NCBI GenBank assembly: GCA_030390025.1
Contig: JASTWF010000366.1
Coordinates: 248,001-312,000, forward strand
Direction of reading: 5' to 3'
DNA length: 64,000 nt
Source of the DNA: Squalus acanthias
Lineage: Eukaryota
Numbering within the stretch: the stretch's first letter is position 1; every line of letters starts with the position of its first letter. This document shows, one piece after another, positions 1-11,200 of this stretch. The notes beneath the pieces were generated by a model. The model saw nothing but the letters and a program-made list of their open reading frames with translations, was not told the DNA's origin and searched no databases. The translations under genes were made by a program, and so were the position numbers.

Positions 1-31
1 ACTCACTGACACACTACCCTCTCTCTTGCAG

Positions 32-1025
32 GACAAGGTGGCGCACAACTGGAGGCAGCAGGAACCACCGGAGGTGGAGTGGTATGCCTGCATGTTCTAA
101 CCCCCATGGAGGAGACACTGCTGGCCATTATTGGAAGGACCATTGCTGAGGCCATGGCCAGCAGCGAGGCTGAATCCATTGAAGATGATGATATCCTCAT
201 ACCTAATCCTCCTTCCAACATCCCACTTCCCCATCATCCCACAATCTCTTCTGACTTACAAGCTGCAGATGGTGTAAGCATGCACCTCTTATTTTCCCGT
301 TCCCCTCACCTCAACCTTACCCTTGTCCCTTTCAAATACCCAAGAAGTGCAACCTAGCCAGGTAATGGAGGATGACCAAGAAGACAGTGATGATGAAGAC
401 ACACCATCATTTGATTTCACACTCGCAGCCACCAACTCAGATACTGACACTGCGCATATCTTAAGAGGATATCATAGAGGCGGGATCTGCACGTGGCGAG
501 ACACCAGGCACAAGTGCGCTGCAGCCAGGGCAGGGGCAAGGATAGCATAGGTGCCAGCTCACCAGAGGCGAGATTACACAAGTTCTGCTGCAGAGGATTC
601 AGATGAGGACTTCGATGGGCCAGGCTACAGAAGAAGGCTGATGGTTATGCACAATGAAATGCTGGTACCTTGGGAAGCCTGCCAGAAAGCTGGCCTTCAA
701 TTTGAAGGAACATGGAGGAGTCCGGCACCAACTTGGCACTTGGCTTTGCGTAGAGCTTGGAGCCCATTCTTTCCAGCATGGAACTGGTGGCCAACTCCAT
801 CAACACACTTGTGGACCCAACTATGATGCAGCGTCTGATGGCTGATGTCTCAGCTTCCATTGCAGCACAACCAGCTTCCACCAAAAGTCTGAGTGCTGTC
901 GTGGAAGCTCAGACTGATATCATGCAAGATCAGGTTGTTGTCATGCAAGCTCAGACTACTGCCATCATGGCTGTGGATACCAGTGTTCAAAAGGGCTTTC
1001 AGGGTGTCACAGCTGTCCAGCAATC
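32..1025 (+). pseudogene. Decayed Myb/SANT-like (MSANTD/NAIF1-type) gene, probably the DNA-binding ORF of a PIF/Harbinger transposon
   Basis: Splice acceptor ctctctcttgcag at 19-31. It is followed by DKVAHNWRQQE / TTGGGVVCLHVLTPMEETLLAIIG across a 1-nt frameshift, resembling the 'K.AHNRR...TGGG...LTP.EE..L.IIG' tail of Harbinger-associated Myb/SANT proteins. Acidic and coiled-coil-like fragments follow in shifting frames. Truncated by the LINE at ~1027. Confidence 0.55.
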
Positions 1026-1026
1026 T

Positions 1027-3620
1027 TATTTTTTATTCGTTCCTGGGATGTGGGCATCGCTGGCAAGGCCAGCATTTATTGCCCAACCCTAATTACCTTG
1101 AGAAGGTGGTGGTGAGCCGCCTTCTTGAACCACTGCAGTCTGTGTGGTGAAGGTACTCCCACAGTGCTGTTAGGGAGGGAGTTCCAGGATTTTGACCCAG
1201 CGACGATGAAGGAATGGCGATATAGTTCCAAGTCAGGATGGTTTGTAACTTGGAGGGGAACTTGCAGGTGATGGTGTTCCCGTGCACCTGCTGCCCTTGT
1301 CCTTCTAGATGGTAGAGGTCATGGGTTTGGGAGGTGCTGTCGAAGAAGCCTTGGCAAGTTACTGCAATGCATCTTGTAGATGGTACACACTGCAGCCACG
1401 GTGCGTTGGTGGTGGAGGGAGTGAATGTTTACGGTGGTGAATGGGGTGCCAATCAAGCGGGCTGCTTTGTCCTGGATGGTGTCGAGCTACTTGAGTATTG
1501 TTGGAGCTGCACTCATCCAGGCAAGTGGAGAGTATTCCATCACACTCCTGACTTGGACCTTGTAGATGGTGGAAAGGCTTTGGGGAATCAGGAGGTGAGA
1601 CACTTGCCACAGAATACCCAGCCTCTGACCTGCTCTTGTAGCCACAGTATTTATGTGGCTGGTCCAGTTAAGTTTCTGGTCAACGGTGACCCCCCCAGGA
1701 TTTTGATGGTGGGGGATTCGGCGATGGTAATGCCGTTGAATGTCAGGGGGCAGTGGTTAGACTCTCTCTTGTTGGAGATAGTCATTGCCTGGTACTTGTG
1801 TGGCGCGAATGTTACTTGCCACTTATCAGCCCAAGCCTGAATGTTGTCCAGGTCTTGCTGCATGCGGGCATGGACTGCTTCATTATCTGGGGAGTTGTGA
1901 ATGGAACTGAACATTGTGCAATCATCAGTGAACATCCCCACTTCTGACCTTATGATGGAGGGAATGTCATTGATGAAGCAGCTGAAGATGGTTGGGCCTA
2001 GGACACTGCCCTGAGGAACTCCTGCAGCGATGTCCTGGGGCTGAGCTGATTGACCTCCAACAACCACAACCATCTTCCTTTGTGTTAGGTATGACTCCAG
2101 CCAGTGGAGAGTTTTCCTCCTGATTCCCATTGACTTCAGTTTTACTAGGGTTCCTTGATGCCACACTCGGTCAAATGCTGCCTTGATGTCAAGGGCAGTC
2201 ACTCTCACCTCACCTCTGGAATTCAGCTCTTTTGTCCATGTTTGGACCAAGACTGTAATGAGGTCGGGAACCCAAACTGAGCATCAGTGAACAGGTTATT
2301 GGTGAGTAAGTGCCGCTTGATAGCACTGTCGATGACACCTTCCATCACTTTGCTGATGATTGAGAGTAGACTGATGGGGCGGTAATTGGCCAGATTGGAT
2401 TTGTCCTTCTTTTTGTGGACGGGACATACCTGGGCAATTTTCCACATTGTTGGGTAGCTGCCAGTGTTATAGCTGTACTGGAACAGCTTGGCTAGAGGCG
2501 TGGCTAGTTCTGGAGCGCAAGTCTTCAGCATGACAGCCGGGATGTTGTTGGGGCCCATAGCCTTTACTTTATCCAGTGCGCTAAGCCGTTTCTTGATATC
2601 ACGTGGAGTGAATCGAATTGGCTGAAGACTGGCTTCTGTGATGGTGGGGACCTCAGGAGGAGGTCGATATGGATAATCCACTCGGCACTTCTGGCTGACG
2701 ATGGTTGCAAACGCTTCAGCCTTGTCTTTTGCACTTGCATGCTGGGCTCTGCCATCATTGAGGATGGGAATATTTATGGAGCCTCCTCCTCCCGTTAGTT
2801 ATTTAGTTGTCCACCACCATTCACGATTGAATGTGACAGGACTGCAGAGCTTTGATCTGATCCGTTGATTGTGGGATTGCTTAGCTCTGATTATAGCATG
2901 CTGCTTTCGCTGTTAAGCATGCATGTAGTCCTGTGTTGCAGCTTCCCCAGGTTGGTACCTCATTTTTAGGTATGCCTGGTGCTGCTCCTGGCATGCTCTT
3001 CTACACTCCTTATTGAACCAGGGTTGGTCCCCTGCCTTGATGGTAATGGTAGAGTGAGGGATATGCCGGGCCATGAGGTTACAGATTGTGGTGGAATATA
3101 ATTCTGTTGCTGATGGCCCACAGCGCCTCATGGATGCCCAGTTTAGAGCTGCTAGATCTGTTCTGAATCTATCCATTTAGCATGGTGGTAGTGCCACACA
3201 ACATGATGGAGAGTGTCCTCAGTGTGAAGATGGGTCTTCGTCTCCACAATGACTGTGCGGTGGTCACTGCTACGAATGCTGTCAAGGACAGATGCATCTG
3301 TGACAGGTAGATTGGTGAGGACAAGGTCAAGTAGGTTTTTCCCTCATGTTGGTTCTCTCACCACCTGCCGCAGGCCCAGTCTGGCAGTTATGTCCTTCAG
3401 GACTCTGCCAGCTTGGTCAGTAGTGGTGCTACCGAGCCACTCTTGGTGATGGACATTGAAGTCCCCCAACCAGAGTACATTCTGTGCCCATGCTACCCTC
3501 AGTGCTTCTTCCAAGTGGTGTTCAACATGGAGGAGTACTGATTCATCAGCTGAAGAAGGGTGGTAGGTGGTAATCAGCTGGAGGTTTCCTTGCCCATGCT
3601 TGACCTGATGCCATGAGATT
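1027..3620 (-). mobile_element. 5'-truncated non-LTR retrotransposon (CR1/L2/jockey-group RT), ORF2 disrupted
   Basis: Minus-strand ORFs 2913-3176, 2223-2681 (KAMGPNNIP, NYRPISLLSIISKVME) and 1651-2250 (LDIKAAFDRVWH, GVPQGSVLGP, FINDI, FTDD). Frameshift near 2265. A-rich 3' end with AATAAA at ~1027-1040. Confidence 0.9.
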
Positions 3621-3914
3621 TGTAGAATTGTAGCAACAGCCAGAATAAATCAACCAGCAACTAACCTGTATGTAGTTAATGATCCCTTTAAATAACGCTG
3701 GTGGGGGGTCCTTCACACTGCTTAACGTGTGTTCAGCTGTGTGAGGTTAAGAGAGGGCGTTGGCTGGAGCATGGAGCTCCAAAATTTCAGCGTTCATGAT
3801 CTGCCTGCTCTGCATACTTCCAGTGGACGTTCACTGCATGTGCGCTAACCCATTTACCAAGATGGCATTCGGCCCAAAAAACGGGTGCTATGAAGCCCAA
3901 TTTCATCTCCCCCC
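3621..3914 (-). mobile_element. Probable terminal region of the same Harbinger-like DNA transposon
   Basis: The reverse strand begins GGGGGGAGATGAAATTGGG (G-rich, Harbinger-like terminus). It then has a TATTTAAA box (3687-3694) and a CAG|GTTAGT donor-like site (~3660-3668). The matching left terminus is not in the window. Confidence 0.4.
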
Positions 3915-3917
3915 GCC

Positions 3918-4098
3918 CGTTTTCCATGTGATCAAGGAGATTGATAAAGTTGATTCAGACAAATTATTCATACTCATGAAGGGCTCAAAAACTTGGGAAA
4001 ATACAGTAATTAAAAAATTCAGAGATCTGAATCTTGCCAGACGGATTGGACATTTTTCTCACTCTGTTAATTATAAAGACTGTGTGATGATAAGGTGA
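3918..4098 (+). mobile_element. Ancient CR1 ORF2 C-terminal relic
   Basis: The translation VFHVIKEIDKVDSDKLFILMKGSKT...HFSHSVN resembles VFKIMKGFDRLDTERMFPLVGKSKTRGH...FFTQRVV of the CR1 copy at 51601-52002. Confidence 0.5.
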
Positions 4099-4358
4099 TT
4101 AAATATTAGCTGACGTTCCCACTTTAAGAGAATGAACTGAAAGGTTAAGTGACTACGACTTGAATGTTCATGTTAACTCAAAAAATTGCTGGATACGCTT
4201 AGGCTGTATTGTAGAAGCAATGTCAAAATGCTGTGAGTTTCTATAAATAAACCTGTTCATAAACCAAAACAAGTCTCAATGTAGGGTTGTTATGGGGAAT
4301 GCGCTCAGGGCAGTCACAACTCAGTTCCTAGCTAGGCTGGTGCAAAATTGTCCATGTT

Positions 4359-4793
4359 GTCAGCTGTGGCTCAGTGGGTAGCACACTCGCCTCTGAGTCA
4401 GAAGGTTGTGGGTTTAAGTCCCACTCCAGGAACTTGAGCACATAAAGCTAGGCTGGCACTCCAGTGCAGTGCTGAGGGAGTTGCTGCATTGTCGGAGGTG
4501 CTGTCTTTCAGATGAGACATCTGCTCTTTCAGGTGGATGTAAAAGATCCCATGGCACTATTTCACAGAAGAGCAGGGGAGTTATTCCCAGTGTCCTGGCC
4601 AATATTTATCCCTCAATCAACATAACAATAACAGATTATCTGGTCATTATCACATTGCTGTTTGTGGGAGCTTGCTGTGCGCAAATTGGCTGCTGCGTTT
4701 CCGACATTACAACAGTGATTACACTCCAAGAAAGTACTTTGAGACGTCCGGTGGTTGTGAAAGGCGCTATATAAATGCAAGTCTTTCTTTCTT
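4359..4793 (+). mobile_element. tRNA-derived SINE with Deu-like core and L2-like tail (SacSINE1/AmnSINE1-type)
   Basis: A-box-like TGGCTCAGTGG (~4367-4377) and B-box-like GGTTTAAGTCC (~4411-4421). Core includes AAAAGATCCCATGGCACTATTT. 3' tail AAAGGCGCTATATAAATGCAAG followed by (TCTT)n. Confidence 0.8.
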
Positions 4794-4820
4794 ATAATTT
4801 AGACAACACAAAGATGTTTG

Positions 4821-4919
4821 CAGTTGTGACGAAAGGTCATCAACCTTTAACTCTGTTTCTCTCTCCACAGATGCTACCTGACCAGCTGAGTATTTCCAGC
4901 ATTCTCTGTTTTTATTGTG
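4821..4919 (+). mobile_element. ~99-bp Penelope-derived short element with 12-bp TSD
   Basis: Flanked by CAAAGATGTTTG at 4809-4820 and 4920-4931. Body is homologous to 51017-51112 (TTAACTCTGTTTCTCTCTCCAC.GATGCT.CCTG.C..GCTGAGTATTTCCAGCATT). Confidence 0.75.
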
Positions 4920-5242
4920 CAAAGATGTTTGGTGTGGGAAATTAAAATACTCACATTGGTACAATAGGGGGTGGTTTGAAACAACATGTAGCTTTACTCT
5001 ACAGTGCTTTCTGGTGTATTAGGACGATAGCTCCTATTCATCCCGCACAGCACCCCCCGCCGTCACCCGCCCCCCATGTATTACGGTATTAGGCACTTTT
5101 CTTTTGATGTGTTATGGTATCTTGGTCCCTCTGGTTAATTAAAGTGGGATCCACCCTTTCTGCAGTGCATTACGGTAGATGAGCCCCTCTATCCAGTGCA
5201 TGAAGCTCGCTGCCCCTCCAGCATCTGACATATGATACAATC

Positions 5243-8200
5243 TCCAGTGTATTACGGTAGAGGCCCTCTCTCCGGTGTATTACGGTAGAGGGCCCCTCTC
5301 TCGCTCCGGTGTATTACGGTAGAGGCTCTCTCTCCGGTGTATTATGGTACGGGCCCTCTCTCCAGTGTATTATGGTAGAGGGCTCCTCTCTCTCTCCGGT
5401 GTATTACGGTAGAGGGCCCCTCTCTCTCTCTCCGGTGTATTCCAGTAGCGGCGCCTCTCTCCAGTGTATTACAAAAGGGGCCCCTCTCTCCAATGTATTA
5501 CAGTAGGGGTCCCTCTCTCCGCTGTATTATGGTAAGTGGGCCCTTCTCTCACTCGTGTGTATTACGGTAGAGGGCCCCTCTCTCTCTCTCTGGTGTATTA
5601 CGGTGGATGGCCCATCTCTCCGGTGTATTACGGTAGAGGGCCCCTCTCTCTCTCCGGTGTATTACGGTAGAGGGCCCCTCTCTCTCCGGTGTATTATGGT
5701 AGAAGGCCCCTCTCTCTCTCCGGTGTATTACAGTAGGGGCCCGTCTCTCACTCCGGTATATTACGGTAGACGCCCACTCTCCACTGTATTATGGTAGAGG
5801 GCCCCTCTCTCTCTCTCCGGTGTATTACAGTAGAGGCCCACTCTCCGGTATATTACGGTAGAGGGCCCCTCTCTCTCTCTTCGGTGTATTACAGTAGAGG
5901 CCCACTCTGCGGTGTATTACGGTAGAAGGCATCTCTCTCTTTCCGGTGTATTACAGTAGAGGCCCACTCTCCGGTGTAATACGGAAGAGGGCCCCTCTCT
6001 CCGGTGTATTACAGTAGAGGGCCCCTCTCTCTCTCCGGTGTATTATGGTAGAAGGCCCCTCTCTCTATCCGGTGTATTACAGTAGGGGCCTCTCTCTCAC
6101 TCCGGTGTATTACGGTAGACGCCCACTCTCCGGTGTATTACGGTAGAGGGCCTCATTCCCTCTCTCCGGTGTATTATGGTAGTGGCCCACTCTCCGGTGC
6201 ATTATGGTAGAGGGCCCCTCTCTCTCTCCGGTGTATTACGGTAGAAGGCCCCTCTCTCCGGTGTATTACATAAGAGGGCCCTTCTCTCCGGTGTATTACG
6301 GTAGAGGGCACCTCTCTCTCCGGTGTATTACAGTAGAGGGCCCCTCTCTCTCTCCGGTGTATTATGGTACAGGGCCCCTCTCTCCGGTGTATTACAGTAG
6401 CGGGCCCCTCTCTCTCTCCAGTGTATTATGGTAGAGGGCCCCTCTCTCTCTCTGGTGTATTACGGTAGAGGCCTACTCTCGGGTGTATTATGGTAGAGGG
6501 CACCTCTCTCTCTCCGGTGTATTATGGTAGTGGGCCCCTCTCTCTCTCCGGTGTATTATGGTAGAGGGCCCCTCTCTCTCTCCGGTGTATTACGGTAGAA
6601 GGACCCTCTCTCTCTCCGGTGTATTATGGGAGAGGGCCCCTCTCTCTCTTCGGTGTATTATAGTAGAGGGCCCCTCTCTCTCTCCAGTGTATTGCGGTAG
6701 AAGGCCCCTCTCTCTCTCCGATATATTACGGTAGAGGGCCCCTCTCTCTCTCTCTCCGGTGTATTACGGTAGAGGGTCCCTCTCTCTCTCTGGTGTATTA
6801 CAGTAGAGGGCCCCTCTCTCTCTCCGGTGTATTACGGTACAGTGTCCCTCTCTCTCTCTGGTGTATTACAGTAGAGGGCCCCTCTCTCTCTCTCCAGCGT
6901 ATTAGGGTAGAGGGCCCCTCTCTCTCTCTGGTGTATTACGGTAGAGGCCCACTCTCCAGTGTATTACGGTAGAGGGCCCCTCTCTCTCTCCGGTGTATTA
7001 TGGTAGAAGGCCCCTCTCTCTCTCCGGTGTATTACGGTAGAAGGCCCCTCTCTCTCTCCGGTGTATTACGGTAGAGGGCCCCCCTCTCTCTCCTGTGTAT
7101 TACGGTAGAAGGCCCCTCTCTCCGATGTATTGTGGTAGCGGGCCCCTCTCTCTCTCCATTGTATTACGGTAGAGGGACCCTCTCTCTCTCCTGTGTATTA
7201 CGGTAGAGGGCCCCTCTCTCTCTCCGGTGTATTATGGTAGAGGGCCCCTCTCTCTCTCCGGTGTATTATGGTAGAGGGCCCCTCTCTCTCCTGTGTATTA
7301 CGATAGAAATCCTCTCTCTCTCCGGTGTATTACGGTAGAGGGCCCCCCTCTCTCTCCTGTGTATTACGGTAGAAGGCCCCTCTCTCTCTCTCCGATGTAT
7401 TATGGTAGCGGGCCCGTCTCTCTCTCCGGTGTATTACAGTAGATGTCCCCTCTGTCACTCCGGTGTATTACGGTAGAGGGACCCCTCTCTCTCCTGTGTA
7501 TTACGGTACAGGGCCCCTTCTCTCTCCGGTGTATTATGGTAGAGGGCCCCTCTCTCTCTCCTGTGTATTACGGTAGAAATCCTCTCTCTCTCTCCGGTGT
7601 ATTACGGTAGAGGGCCCCTCTCTCCCTCCGGTGTATTATGGTAGAGGGACCCTCTCTCTCTCCTGTGTATAACGGCAGAGGGCCCCTCTCTCTCTCCGGT
7701 GTATTACGGTAGAGGGACCCTCTCTCTCTCCTGTGTATAACGGCAGAGGGCCCCTCTCTCTCTCCGGTGTATTATGGTAAAGGGCCCCTCTCTCTCTCCT
7801 GTGTATTACGGTAGAGATCCTCTCTCTCTCTCTGGTGTATTACGGTAGAGGGCCCCTCTCTCTCTGGTGTATTACGGTAGAGGGCCCCTCTCTCTCTCTG
7901 GTGTATTACGGTAGAGGGCCCCTCTCTCTCTGGTGTATTACGGTAGAGGGCCCCTCTCTCTCTCTCCGGTGTATTACAGTAGAGGGCCCCTCTCTCTCTC
8001 CGGTGTATTACGGTAGAGGGCCCCTCTCTCTCTCCGGTGTATAACAGTAGGGGTCCCTGTCTCCATGTATTACGGTAGAGGGCCCCTCTCTCTCTCCGGT
8101 GTATTATGGTAGAAGGCCCCTCTCTCTATCCGGTGTATTACATTAGGGGCCTCTCTCTCACTCCGGTGTATTCCGGTAGATGCCCACTCTCCGGTGTATT

Positions 8201-11200
8201 ATGGTAGAGGGCCCCAATCCCTCTCTCCAGTGTATTACGGTAGTGGCACACTCTCCGGTGCATTATGGTAGAGGGCCCCTCTCTCTCTCCGGTGTATTAC
8301 GGTAGAAGGCCCCTCTCTCCAGTGTATTATGGTAGAGGGCCCCTATCTCCGGTGTATTACGGGAGAGGGCCCCTCTCTCTCCGGTGTATCATGGTAGAAG
8401 GCCCCTCTCTCTCTCCAGTGTATTACAGTAGGGGCCCGTCTCTCACTCCGGTGTATTACGGTACACGCCCACTCTCCGGTGTATTACGGTAGAGGGCCCC
8501 TCTCTCTCTCTGGTGTATTATGGTAGAGGGCCCTTCTCTCTCTCCGGTGTAATACGGTAGAAGGCCCCTCTCTCACTCTCCGGTGTATTATGATAGAAGG
8601 CCTCTCTCTCACTCCGGTGTATTACGGTAGACGCGTACTCTCCAGTGTATTACGGTAGACGGCCCCAATCCCTCTCTCCGGTGTATTACGGTAGTGGCCC
8701 ACTCTCCGGTGCGTTATGGTAGAGGGCCCCTCTCTCTCTCTCCGGTGTATTACGGTTGATGGCCCCTCTCTCCGGTGTATTATGGTAGAAGGCCCCTAAC
8801 TCCGGTGTATTACGGTAGAGGGCCCCTCTCTCTCCGGTGTATTACAGTAGAGGGCCCCTCTCTCTCTCCGGTGTATTATGGTACAGGGCCCCTCTCTCCG
8901 GTGTATTACAGTAGAGGGCCCGTCTCTCTCTCCAGTGTGTTATGGTACAGCGCCCCTCTCTCTGGTGTATTACGGTAGAGGCCCACTCTCCGGTGTATTA
9001 CGGTAGAGGGCCCCTCTCTCTCTCCAGTGTATTACGGTAGAGGGCCCCTCTCTCTCTCCGGTGTATTACGGTAGAAGGCCCCTCTCTCTCTCCGGTGTAT
9101 TACGGTAGAGGGCCCCTCTCTCTCTCCGTCGTATTACGGTGGAGGGCCCCTCTCTCTCTCTCCGGTGTATTATGATAGAGGGCCGCTCTCTCTCTGTGGT
9201 GTATTACGGTAGAGGGCCCCTCTCTCTCTCCTGTGTATTACGGTGGAGGGCCCCTCTCTCTCTCCGGTGTATTACGGTAGAGGGCCCCTCTCTCTCTCCG
9301 GTGTATTACGGTAGAGGGTCCCTATCTCTGGTGTACTGCGGTAGAGGCCCACTCTCCGGTGTATGACGGTAGAGGGCCCCTCTCTCTCTCCGGTGTATTA
9401 CGGTAGAAGGCCCCCCTCTCTCTCCGGTGTATTACGGTACAGGGCCCCTCTCTTTCTGGTGTATTACGGTAGAGGGCCCCTCTCTCTCTCTGGTGTATTA
9501 CGGTAGAGGGCCCCTCTCTCTCTCCGGTGTATTACGGTAGGGCCCCCTCTCTCCGTCATATTACGGTGGAGTGCCCCTCTCTCCGTCGTATTACGGTGGA
9601 GTGCCCCTCTCTCCAGTCTATTACAGTAGTGGGCCCCTCTCTCTCCTGTGTATTATGGTAGAGGGCCCCTCTCTCCGGTGTATTATGGTAGAGGGCCCCT
9701 CTCTCTCTCCGGTGTGTTACGGTAGAGGGTCCCTATCTCTCTCCGGTGTATTACGGTAGAGGGCCCCTCTCTCCGGTTTATTACAGTAGAGGGCCCCTCT
9801 CTCTCCGGTGTATTACGGTAGAGGGCCCCACTCTCTCTCCGGTGTATTACGGTAGAAGGCCCCTCTCTCTGGTGTATTATGGTAGAGGGCCCCTATCTCC
9901 GGTGTATTACGGTAGAGGGCCCCTCTCTCTCCGGTGTATTACAGTAGAGGGCCCCTCTCTCTCTCCGGTGTATCATGGTAGAAGGCCCCTCTCTCTCTCC
10001 GGTGTATAACAGTAGGGGCCCGTCTCTCACTCCGGTGTATTACGGTAGACGCCCACTCTCCGGTGTTTTACGGTAGAGGGCCCCTCTCTCTCTCCGGTCT
10101 CTTACAGTAGTGGGCCTCTCTCTCTCCTGTGTATTATGGTAGAAGGCCCATCTCTCCGGTGTATTACGGTAGAGGGCCCCTCTCTCTCTCCGGTGTGTTA
10201 CGGTAGAGGGTCCCTCTCTCTCTCCGGTGTATTACGGTAGAGGGCCCCTCTCTCCAGTTTATTACAGTAGAGGGCCCCTCTCTCTCCGGTGTATTACGGT
10301 AGAAGGTCCCACTCTCTCTCCGGTGTATTATATTAGAGGGCCCCCTCTCGCTCCCTGGTGTATTACGGTAGAGGGCCCCTCTCTGTCTCCGGTGTACTAC
10401 GGTGGAGGGCCCATCTCTCTCTCCGGTATATTATGGTAGAGGGCCCCTCTCTCTCTCCTGTGTATTACGGTAGAGGGCCCCTCTCTAGCTCCGGTGTATT
10501 ACGGTGGAGTTCCCATCTCTCTCTCCGGTGTATTATGGTAGAGGCCCACTCTCCGGTGTATTACGGAAGAGAGCACCTCTCTCTCTCCGGTGTATTACGG
10601 TAAAAGGCCCCTCTCTCCGGTGTATTACGGAAGAGGGCCCCTCTCTCCGGTGTATTATGGTGGAAGGCCCCTCTCTCTCTCTCCGGTGTATTACGGTAAA
10701 GGGCCCCTCTCTCTCTCCGGTGTATTACCGTAGAAGACCCCACTCTCTCTCTCCGGTTTATTACGGTAGTGGGCCCTTCTCTCTCTCCGGTGTATTACGT
10801 TGGAGGGCCCCACTCTCTCTCTCCGGTGTTTTACGATAGAGGGCCCCACTCTCTCCGGTTTATTACGGTAGAGGGCCCCTCTCTCTCTCCGGTGTATTAC
10901 GGTAGAGGGCCCCACTCTCTCTCTCCGGTGTGTTACGGTACAGGGCCCCTCTCTCTCTCCGGTGTATTATGGATGGGGCACCTCTCTCACTCCGGAGTAT
11001 TACGGTAGAGGGCCCCTCTCTCTCCGGTGTATTACAGTAGAAGGCCCCTCTCTCTCTCTCCTGTGTATTACGTTACAGGGCCTATCTCTCTCTCCGGCGT
11101 ATTACGGTAGAGGGCCCTATATCTCTCCGGTGTATTACAGTCGAGGGCCCCTCTCTCTCTCCAGTGTATTACGGTAGAGGGCCCCTCTCTCTCTCCTGTG

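Noticed and set aside
1334..1840. 168-aa plus-strand ORF, and similar ORFs at 61535-61960 and 62767-63060
   Set aside because: These are antisense shadows of LINE ORF2 sequences.
4359..4430. tRNA gene
   Set aside because: The A/B boxes belong to the SINE head, there is no convincing cloverleaf, and the sequence continues into the SINE body.
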